A stretch of DNA of 35,188 bases from Burkholderiales bacterium (lineage in GTDB: Bacteria > Pseudomonadota > Gammaproteobacteria > Burkholderiales > SG8-39): positions 1-35,188 of the forward strand of contig DAIDTN010000136.1 of the NCBI GenBank assembly GCA_027457185.1, written 5' to 3'. The notes under the pieces were generated by a model. That model did not search any database and had not been told where the DNA came from. It was given only the letters and a program-made list of their open reading frames with translations. Shown here piece by piece: positions 18,434 to 26,062 of this stretch (position 1 is the stretch's first letter; each line of letters opens with the position of its first letter). Position numbers and translations under genes: made by a program.

Positions 18434-18459
18434 TATGTGCGCGGGCAGACAGACCACGG
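18434..18459 (+). repeat. intergenic palindromic element, copy 6, degenerate (TATGTGCGCGGGCAGACAGACCACGG)
   Basis: The left arm is intact and the right arm is degenerate (GCAGACA instead of GCGCACA). It lies 8 nt after the AI-2E stop and about 100-125 nt upstream of the lipoprotein ATG. Confidence 0.45.
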
Positions 18460-18560
18460 TATGCATACACCCTAAGCTGCGACATCCGCGGCAAGGGGCA
18501 AGCACCGCTTGCGCGATGCCGGTCTTCCATCAACCAGATTTTCGATTTAGAGGCGACCAA

Positions 18561-18779
18561 ATGAAAACGATACGGAAATATTCAATCAGCGCAGTTGCTG
18601 CAGCACTCTTGATCGGCCTGGGCGGTTGTGCCGGGATGTCACGGCAGGACCAGGGCACTGCCACAGGTGCCGTCGTAGGTGGCGTCGCGGGTAATGTCCT
18701 CGGCGGCGGCCTTCTTGGAACGGCGGCCGGAGCGGCGGTCGGCGGCGTCATCGGTCACGAGGTCACCCGGCCGAAGTAG
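18561..18779 (+). CDS. glycine-zipper lipoprotein (OsmB-like)
   Basis: 72 aa starting MKTIRKYSISAVAAALLIGLGGC (lipobox), followed by a Gly-zipper (GAVVGGVAGNVLGGGLLGTAAGAAVGGVIG). The start was moved from the track's 18426 to 18561. Confidence 0.8.
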   Translation: MKTIRKYSISAVAAALLIGLGGCAGMSRQDQGTATGAVVGGVAGNVLGGGLLGTAAGAAVGGVIGHEVTRPK

Positions 18780-18956
18780 CAACGCGCCGTATAATGAGGT
18801 GATTCAAACGGGAAGGGTCCCACGCCTTCCGCGGTCTTTCAGGCTACCCTGGGTCAGCTCTCGTTTCGGCAATTCCGAAGCGGGCCTTTTGAGTTGCTTG
18901 TGGCAAGGCGTGCTTGACGCGTCTTGTCGCTACTTCTTCCATGTTGAGGAAGCGAG

Positions 18957-19658
18957 ATGCAGCTGCCGGTCGCGAAATTCCTGTTGATGCTGGCATTGGC
19001 GCTCGCTGCGCCGGCAGCGTTTGCGCAAGACCTTGCGCCGGACGCGCTGCTGCGGTCGGTCTCGGCGGGGGGAATCGACAAAATCAAGCAGGAGCAGGAC
19101 CTCCACGCAGCGAGCCCGGCGAATATCGCGGCCCTGGTCGAAACCAGGATCGTGCCCCTGTTCGATTTCGTTCGCATGACGCGGCTTGCCATGGCACGCA
19201 ACTGGCGTCTGACCACGCCCGAGCAGCAGGCGTCGCTCACGGCGGAGTTCAAGATCATGCTGGTGCGGGCTTATTCCACTGCGCTCGCGCAATACCGCGG
19301 CGAGACCGTCGAATTCAAGCACCTGCGCGCCACGCCGCTCGATACCGAGGTGACGGTCAGGTCGGAGGTCAAACAACCCGGGAACGAACGCATGATCCTG
19401 AACTACGAGATGGAGAAGACGCCGGCGGGATGGAAGATCTACGACGTCGATGTTGCGGGAGTGCGCCTGGTTACGACCTATCGGGAGGTCTTCGCCGAAG
19501 AGGTGCGCGCTGGCGGCGTAAATGGCCTGATTAAATTCCTCGCTGACGGCAATCGGGAGGGCGGGTCGAGATTCAACTCCATCAAGGCCTCGTTTTGGGA
19601 AAAGTGCCGGGTCGTATATGCGATCTTCCAGAATGTATTTCGGCGCGGCGGGCAATAG
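18957..19658 (+). CDS. mlaC: MlaC/Ttg2D-family phospholipid-binding periplasmic protein
   Basis: Signal peptide LALALAAPAAFAQD. ..IVPLFDFVRMTRLAMARNWRLTTPEQQASLTAEFKIMLVRAYSTAL.. and ..GWKIYDVDVAGVRLVTTYREVF.. are typical Ttg2D motifs. GAGGAAG Shine-Dalgarno. Confidence 0.8.
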   Translation: MQLPVAKFLLMLALALAAPAAFAQDLAPDALLRSVSAGGIDKIKQEQDLHAASPANIAALVETRIVPLFDFVRMTRLAMARNWRLTTPEQQASLTAEFKIMLVRAYSTALAQYRGETVEFKHLRATPLDTEVTVRSEVKQPGNERMILNYEMEKTPAGWKIYDVDVAGVRLVTTYREVFAEEVRAGGVNGLIKFLADGNREGGSRFNSIKASFWEKCRVVYAIFQNVFRRGGQ

Positions 19659-19811
19659 AGCGCCGGGATCGCGGTTCTACTCACATCAAGGCGCTGAATC
19701 TGCGGCGGGCCGGCGCCGCCAAACACCGCAAATACGGCAGGCGCTTTGCATACGCGCTGAATGCAAGGCCAGGGAGGGACGCCGGCGATCGATCGAGCCG
19801 TGCCGACGGGC

Positions 19812-20513
19812 TCACACGGCTTCGTGCATGTCCCTGACAATTTCGTAGCACGAGCAGCAGGCGGCTTCCAGGCCTTTGCGATCGAGAATCGCGATATTGC
19901 CGCGGCTGTAGCTGATCAGGCCGTCCTGCTGCAACGTGCGCGCGGCCTTGGTGACGCCGACGCGCCGCACGCCCAGCATCTGCGAGAGGAATTCCTGAGT
20001 GAGCCGGAATGAACCTGATCGCACGCGATCGTGGGTCATCAGCAGCCAGCGCGCCAGACGTGCTTCGATAACGTGAAAGCGGTTGCACGCGGCCGTCTGC
20101 GTGATTTGCGTCATCAGGCTGTAGGTATAGCGATGCAACTCGCGCGTCAGTGCGTGGCTTTGCCGGAGCTGTTTGAGAAATGACGCCGCATTCATGCGCA
20201 TGGCTGTTCCGGTTCCCTGCACCAGCGCGCGCACCGGGGAAATGTTGATCTCCAGCGCGAGTGGTATGCCGACCACGCCTTCGCGGCCGACCAGGCCGAC
20301 TTCCAGCGCCTGGTGTCGGTCCACCAGCGTCAGCAGGGAGACAAGCGAGTCATTGGGAAAGTAGACGTGCTTAATTTGCTCCCCGGGTTCATACAGCACA
20401 TCGCCGTAGGTCAGCACCACCTGCTCCATGTCGTCGATCAGTTGCCGATAGTCTTTGCGCGGCAGCGCGGCGAGCAGGCAATTGGCTACGGCTTTTTTCT
20501 TCGCAATAGGCAT
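19812..20513 (-). CDS. Crp/Fnr family transcriptional regulator
   Basis: 233 aa from the ATG at 20513 (MPIAKKKAVANCLLAALP..). It has a cNMP-binding-like barrel (..YFPNDSLVSLL..GLVGREGVVG..) and a C-terminal HTH (LTQEFLSQMLGVRRVGVTKAARTLQQDGLISYSRG). Confidence 0.85.
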   Translation of the reverse strand: MPIAKKKAVANCLLAALPRKDYRQLIDDMEQVVLTYGDVLYEPGEQIKHVYFPNDSLVSLLTLVDRHQALEVGLVGREGVVGIPLALEINISPVRALVQGTGTAMRMNAASFLKQLRQSHALTRELHRYTYSLMTQITQTAACNRFHVIEARLARWLLMTHDRVRSGSFRLTQEFLSQMLGVRRVGVTKAARTLQQDGLISYSRGNIAILDRKGLEAACCSCYEIVRDMHEAV

Positions 20514-20728
20514 GGCGGCCTCGGGTGTTGTCGCGCTCCCATGAGCATCCTCATGGCGAAGCGCGACCGGTGGCACACGGAGGTGCACAGAACCAGATCC
20601 GATGTAGACAGCAGTCATCATTTGCCTTCAATTGGAACCCCGTGACGCAGCGCACGCGAAAAACGCGGCGCCAGGGCGCGGTGCGAAGACTCTGTAGCGG
20701 CAAAGACTACGGCAAACAATTTGCGCTG

Positions 20729-20756
20729 TATGTACGCCGGCGCACAGAGCCGGCGC
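20729..20756 (+). repeat. intergenic palindromic element, copy 7 (TATGTACGCCGGCGCACAGAGCCGGCGC)
   Basis: Lies in the divergent spacer between the Crp/Fnr gene and the lmo0937-family gene. It shares an extended flank with copy 2 (..CAA.C.G.CGGGGA..) and an upstream AAGACTACG-N17 with copy 1. Confidence 0.65.
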
Positions 20757-20901
20757 AAGCCGACGGGGAAAATTGCCCTCATTCACGCCATTCCTAAGGA
20801 AGGGGATGGACCCCCAATCCCGGCCGGAAACCGTCCAAAGCATGGTTTGTGCGCTTTGCCGATGCGGAGGTTTCGAATTCGACCACGAAAGGATAATAAG
20901 C

Positions 20902-21051
20902 ATGCTGTATACCATCGCCGTCGTTCTGATCATCCTGTGGCTCCTGGGGCTGGTGACTTCCTACACCATGGGCGGCTTCATTCACGTTCTGCTGGTCATC
21001 GCCATCGTTGTCGTCCTGCTCCGCGTTATAAGCGGGCGCAATCCCCTCTGA
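20902..21051 (+). CDS. lmo0937-family small membrane protein (49 aa)
   Basis: MLYTIAVVLIILWLLGLVTSYTMGGFIHVLLVIAIVVVLLRVISGRNPL is a near-textbook lmo0937-family sequence. An AAAGGA Shine-Dalgarno lies upstream. It is the real part of track ORF 20773..21051. Confidence 0.8.
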   Translation: MLYTIAVVLIILWLLGLVTSYTMGGFIHVLLVIAIVVVLLRVISGRNPL

Positions 21052-21122
21052 CCGCGGCGCCATTGGGCGTGTGCTTTTGGAAACTGCGTGCCGGCATCGT
21101 CCGGCGTAGAGAGGGACGATCC

Positions 21123-21695
21123 ATGCGGCCACCGCGCTCGGCTTTGGTTCCCCTGTTCCTGCTGCTAGCGCTTGCGACCCCCGCGTCGGCGCAGGACCAT
21201 GCGCGTGCCCGGACAGTTCCGCCTGCTTTCCCCGCGGGATTGGACCAGATCGTCTACAAAGGGCTGGTCGGCAATGTGCTCGACGCGGTTCCGATGGATG
21301 CTTCGGAACGCCTGGGCCTTCAGCGCGCCAACGCAGTCATAGGCAACACCTTATTTGGCCGGTCGCTGGCGATATTGGCAGGGTTGAGCAATCCCGTTCT
21401 GCTATTGGGGGGATTTGTCTGGGGCATTTGGGCGGCAGCCAATATCGCGCCGGTCAAGGCGGCGATGAAACGCGCGGTCGACCCGGACCAGTCCGGCGGC
21501 GGTGTTGCTGCGCCGGGGCGCGCGCTTGCGCTCTTCAATGTTTCCTCCGCCGTGACCGACACGCGCGCGAATGCGGCACCCGCGCCGGTTTTGTCGAGTT
21601 CGAATTCCGCCGGGGATCCAGGCGTTGCGGGCCCAGTACGTCCTCGCGTAATCAAGATATGGCTGCCGCAGCGCTCGCCTGCCCCGCTTCGATAG
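21123..21695 (+). CDS. hypothetical exported/membrane protein
   Basis: 190 aa with a GAGAGGGA Shine-Dalgarno. Signal peptide MRPPRSALVPLFLLLALATPASAQD, then a hydrophobic stretch (ILAGLSNPVLLLGGFVWGIWAAANI). I recognise no family. Confidence 0.5.
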   Translation: MRPPRSALVPLFLLLALATPASAQDHARARTVPPAFPAGLDQIVYKGLVGNVLDAVPMDASERLGLQRANAVIGNTLFGRSLAILAGLSNPVLLLGGFVWGIWAAANIAPVKAAMKRAVDPDQSGGGVAAPGRALALFNVSSAVTDTRANAAPAPVLSSSNSAGDPGVAGPVRPRVIKIWLPQRSPAPLR

Positions 21696-21939
21696 CTGCA
21701 AACGCATTGACCTTACCGACGGCGTGGCGGGGGGCAATGCCGAAACGTCCGCTCTGATCGCAAACGAATTCTTCCTATGGTCGTGAATTGGCCCCGCGTT
21801 CCGGCCAGATGAAACGGACAGGATGGGGCAGACATCGGCTCCCTGTGCGAAAATAAGCTCCCTGCCGCGGTAGCGCCTCGTTCGACGCCGACCGGGCCCG
21901 CAGCCAAATCCACCCTCGATCTGTTGTTCCCATCCGAAC

Positions 21940-23811
21940 ATGGCACATGGACATCATTCCGCCGCCTCAGCCGCCGACGCAGGGCCGCCCGTGTCCAGAG
22001 CGCGACCCAACGAATGGCGCGTGGTCGGCTTGCTGCTGCCCTACCTGTCGGAATATAAATGGCGGGTGCTGGTCGCTCTGATATTCCTCACCTCGGCCAA
22101 ACTCGCCAACGTCGGCGTGCCGCTGGTATTGAAGTCAGTCGTCGATGCGCTGTCGCCCGCGCAACAGGTGCTGGCGCTGCCGCTGGCGCTGCTGGTCGCC
22201 TATGGCGCGCTGCGCCTCTCGACCGTGCTGTTCGCCGAACTGCGCGACGTGGTATTCGTGCGGGTGACGCAGCGCGCCATCCGCCGCGTCGCGCTCACCG
22301 TGTTCCGCCATCTGCACAGCCTGAGCCTGCGCTTCCATCTGGATCGCCAGACCGGCGGCGTGTCGCGCGACATCTAGCGCGGCACGCGCGGCATTTCGAC
22401 GCTGCTGTCCTACATGCTGTTTTCCATCATTCCGGTGATCCTGGAATTCAGCCTGGTGGCGGTGGTGCTGCTGACCAAGTTCGACTGGCGCTTCGCCGCC
22501 GTCACCTTCGCCGCGGTCGCGATTTACATGTTTTTCACCGTCAGCGTCACCGAGTGGCGCATGGACATCCGCCGCCAGGCCAACGAGCTCGATTCGAAGG
22601 CCAACACCCGCGCCATCGACAGCCTGCTCAATTACGAGACCGTGAAATATTTCAACAACGAGGAGTACGAGGCGCGGCGCTACGACGACAACCTGCGCAA
22701 ATACGAATCGGCCGCGGTGAAAAACGAAATATCGCTCGGGCTGTTGAATGTCGGCCAGAGTTGTGTCATCGCGATCGCCGTGACGCTGCTGATGATCCTG
22801 GCGGCCGAGGGCGTGGTGAACAAGACGCTGACGCTGGGCGATCTGGTGCTGATCAACGGCCTGCTGATCCAGCTCTATATTCCGCTCAATTTTCTCGGCG
22901 TGGTGTACCGCGAGATCAAGCAGGCGCTGATCGACACCGACAGGATGTTCCGGCTGCTGGAGCAGAACCGGGAAATCCAGGACAGCCCCGACGCCTTGCC
23001 GCTCGCCTCGGGCAGCTGCTCGATTCGCTTCGAGCACGTGGATTTTTCCTACGATCCGAAGCGGCAGATCCTGTTCGACGTGTCGTTCGACGTGCCTGCG
23101 GGCAGCAAGGTCGCCGTGGTCGGGCACTCGGGCGCGGGCAAGTCCACGCTGGCGCGACTGCTGTACCGTTTCTATGACGTCAGCCGCGGCGCCATCGTCA
23201 TCAACGGTAGCGACATCCGCGCGCTGCAGCAATCCAGCCTGCGCGGTGCCATCGGCATCGTGCCGCAGGATACGGTGCTGTTCAACGACAGCATTTTCTA
23301 CAACATCCAGTGTGGCCGGCCCGAGGCGACGCGCGAGGAGGTGTTCGAAGCGGCGCGGACGGCGCATATCCATGAGTTCATCGAAAGCCTGCCCGACAAA
23401 TACGAGGCGCGGGTGGGCGAGCGCGGCCTGAAGCTCTCGGGCGGGGAAAAGCAGCGCGTCGCCATCGCGCGCGCCATCCTCAAGAATCCCGCCATCCTGA
23501 TTTTCGACGAAGCCACCTCGGCGCTCGATTCCGAGACGGAAAAATCGATTCAGGGCGAACTCGCGCGCATCGCCCAGGGGCATACCACGCTGGTGATCGC
23601 GCATCGCCTGTCCACCGTGATGGATGCGGACCAGATTCTGGTCATGGAGGCGGGGCGCATCATCGAGCGTGGCGGCCATCGCGAACTGCTGGAGCGCAAT
23701 GGCGCTTACGCCCAGATGTGGGCGCTGCAGCAGCAGGAGGAGTCGCAGCAGCAGCGGGCGAAAGTCGCGGACTTGCCGCCGACCATGGGCGTTCTTCAAA
23801 TTTCGCCTTAG
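21940..23811 (+). pseudogene. Atm1/HMT1-type ABC exporter (fused permease-ATPase), interrupted by one in-frame TAG at 22375-22377
   Basis: Track ORFs 21940..22377 and 22414..23811 are in the same frame, reading ..RFHLDRQTGGVSRDI*RGTRGISTLLSYMLFSIIPVILEF... The ..NYETVKYFNNEEYE.. motif is typical of the Atm1 family. The NBD is intact: GHSGAGKST, LSGGEKQR, ILIFDEATSALD, IAHRL. Confidence 0.85.
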
Positions 23812-23899
23812 GTAATACCCCTATCTTGTTATTTTTGCTTGCCAAATAAGAATCGAGCCGCTAGACTGCGCCGAACGCCTAATCTTGCCAGGGAGCGAC

Positions 23900-24823
23900 A
23901 TGCTGATATCCATACGCCCTATCCTGATCTGTGCCGGCCTGAGTCTGAGCTTGGCCAGCGTTGCCTACCCCGGCGAAGCCCTAGCGCGTCATCGCGCGGA
24001 AAGCGCCGCACATACGGCGCACAGGTTGTCGCTGCGCTCGGCGTCCGCGATCGTGCAGGACGCGGAAACCGGAGAGATTCTGTATGGCAAGAACGCGAAC
24101 ACGATAACGCCCATCGCCTCGATCACCAAGCTTATGACGGCGATGGTGATGCTGGACGCCGGAGTCGATCTCAATCAGGAGATCACCATATCGACCGCGG
24201 ACATGGATACGCTGCGCGGCACCCACTCGCGCCTGAAACCCGGCGCCACCCTGAGCCGCGACGAACTGCTGCGCCTGGCGCTGATGTCCTCGGAGAACCG
24301 CGCCGCCGCGGCCCTGGCGCGCACCACCTATCCGGGCGGCATCAAGCCGTTCCTGCGCGCGATGAATCAAAAGGCGCGGATGCTGGGCATGAACGATACC
24401 CACTTCGACGACGCCACCGGGCTCTCCGCCGCCAACGTGGCGAGCGCCGAGGATCTGGTCAAGATGGTGCGCGCCGCGCATCGCTACGCACTCATCCGCA
24501 AATACACCACTACGACCGGACACGAGGTCCGTGTTGCCGGCCGGCCACTGGCCTATCACAACACCGACCGGCTGGTGTCGAACGAAAGGTGGCACATAGG
24601 CCTGTCCAAGACCGGCTTCACCAATGATGCCGGCCACTGCCTGGTGCTGCAGGCGAAGCTGGCCGAGCGCCAGGTGATCATCGTGCTTCTGGATTCCTGG
24701 GGAAAATTCTCGCGCATCGGCGACGCCAACCGCATCAGGGCCTGGCTGGAAGCGAACGCCAGGCCGCATAACGCCGGCGTGCGCAGGGCAGCGCAAGATA
24801 CCGGCAGCCACGCGCCAGGCTGA
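23900..24823 (+). CDS. pbpG: D-alanyl-D-alanine endopeptidase (PbpG-like, peptidase S11)
   Basis: Signal peptide, then SITK (SxxK), SEN (SxN) and KTGFT (KTG) motifs. The ATG at 23900 has an AGGGAG Shine-Dalgarno. The track start at 23885 is a TTG. Confidence 0.8.
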   Translation: MLISIRPILICAGLSLSLASVAYPGEALARHRAESAAHTAHRLSLRSASAIVQDAETGEILYGKNANTITPIASITKLMTAMVMLDAGVDLNQEITISTADMDTLRGTHSRLKPGATLSRDELLRLALMSSENRAAAALARTTYPGGIKPFLRAMNQKARMLGMNDTHFDDATGLSAANVASAEDLVKMVRAAHRYALIRKYTTTTGHEVRVAGRPLAYHNTDRLVSNERWHIGLSKTGFTNDAGHCLVLQAKLAERQVIIVLLDSWGKFSRIGDANRIRAWLEANARPHNAGVRRAAQDTGSHAPG

Positions 24824-24984
24824 GGCCCGGGGGCGGCGTAGGGGCATCCGTAACGCAACGAGGGAACCCGGGTGGGATCGGCAGGGTTCCACCCCGACCT
24901 CGGCTCCTTGTGCTTGCCTGAGTCGGACCGCAGCAAAAAATGACGTTTGCTGCGGATTTCAAGCAATCTGCTGTCGAGGGACCG

Positions 24985-25971
24985 ATGGCACATCCGCAGC
25001 AGCGCCGAGACCTTGGGGTAGTTCGCTTCTACAATTTTCTGCCTGAAGCCACCTCCTTCCTGAGCGAGGTGCTGACCGGGCTGGCATTGCCGCGCAAGGC
25101 GCTGCCGCCGAAGTATTTCTACGACGCGCGCGGCTGCAGCCTGTTCGAACAGATCTGCGAACTGCCCGAGTACTATCCCACGCGCACCGAGCTCGCCATC
25201 ATGCGCGAGCATTCTGCCGCGATGGCGAAGTTCCTCGGCCCGGACTGCCAGCTGATCGAGTTCGGCAGCGGCTCGAGCCGAAAGACGAGCATCCTGATCG
25301 AACAACTGCGGCCACCGTTATACGTGCCCATCGATATCGCCGGCGAGGCGATGCAGGCGGCGGCTGCCGGCCTCGTTCAGGACTTTCCCTGGCTCAACAT
25401 CAACGGCGTGTGCGCCGACTACACCAGGGCGCTGACGCTACCGGTGTTCGTGGGCGTGCCGATCCGGAAAAAAGCGGTGTACTTCCCCGGGTCGACGATC
25501 GGCAATTTCACCCCGGAAGAGGCGATCGAATTCCTGCAGCTCGCCCGGCGCATGGTCGGCGCGGGCGGCGCGCTGCTGATCGGTGTCGACCTGAAAAAAG
25601 ACAAACCGGTGCTGGACGCCGCCTACAACGACGCGGCGGGCGTGACCGCCGCGTTCAACCTCAACTTGCTCGCGCGCATCAACCGCGAGCTGGGCGGGGA
25701 TTTCCAGCTGCAGCGATTTCGCCACCGGGCCTTCTACGACGAGGCCCTGGGCCGGATCGAGATGCACGTCGAAAGCCTGGCGGCGCAGTTCGTGCATGTA
25801 GGCGGCGAGCGCTTCAGCTTCGGCCAGGGCGAAACCATCCTTACCGAGATTTCCTGCAAGTACAGCGTGGATGAATTCCGCGCGGTGGCGCAACGCGCCG
25901 GCTTCGCGCCCGGTCATACCTGGACCGACGCCGCCAGACTGTTCAGCGTTCACGGGATGATCGCCGTCTAG
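24985..25971 (+). CDS. egtD: EgtD-like L-histidine N-alpha-methyltransferase (methyltransferase-33 family)
   Basis: ..LPPKYFYDARGCSLFEQICELPEYYPTRTE.., EFGSGSSRKT, FPGSTIGNFTPEEA, AAYNDAAGVTAAFNLNLLARINREL and ILTEISCKY match the EgtD family. I prefer the ATG at 24985 (GAGGGA Shine-Dalgarno) over the track's 24940, which has none. Confidence 0.7.
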   Translation: MAHPQQRRDLGVVRFYNFLPEATSFLSEVLTGLALPRKALPPKYFYDARGCSLFEQICELPEYYPTRTELAIMREHSAAMAKFLGPDCQLIEFGSGSSRKTSILIEQLRPPLYVPIDIAGEAMQAAAAGLVQDFPWLNINGVCADYTRALTLPVFVGVPIRKKAVYFPGSTIGNFTPEEAIEFLQLARRMVGAGGALLIGVDLKKDKPVLDAAYNDAAGVTAAFNLNLLARINRELGGDFQLQRFRHRAFYDEALGRIEMHVESLAAQFVHVGGERFSFGQGETILTEISCKYSVDEFRAVAQRAGFAPGHTWTDAARLFSVHGMIAV

Positions 25972-26062
25972 CGCCGTCCTAGGCGCTATAATTCGCGCAA
26001 AGGTCTGAATCCCAGCGCGTACGGGGTGCGGCTTCGCGCGCTGTTCGGAACAAAGGCAAAGC

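Noticed and set aside
24863-24890. Hairpin GGAACCC-N14-GGGTTCC downstream of pbpG. Small GC hairpins also occur at 10001-10017 and 18813-18832.
   Set aside because: The stems are short (6-7 bp) and lack a following T-tract. I cannot support them as intrinsic terminators from sequence alone.
25987-25992. Exact TATAAT hexamers upstream of glgP (25987-25992) and upstream of mlaC (18790-18795).
   Set aside because: There is no acceptable -35 element at 16-18 bp spacing in either case. A single hexamer is not enough for a promoter call.
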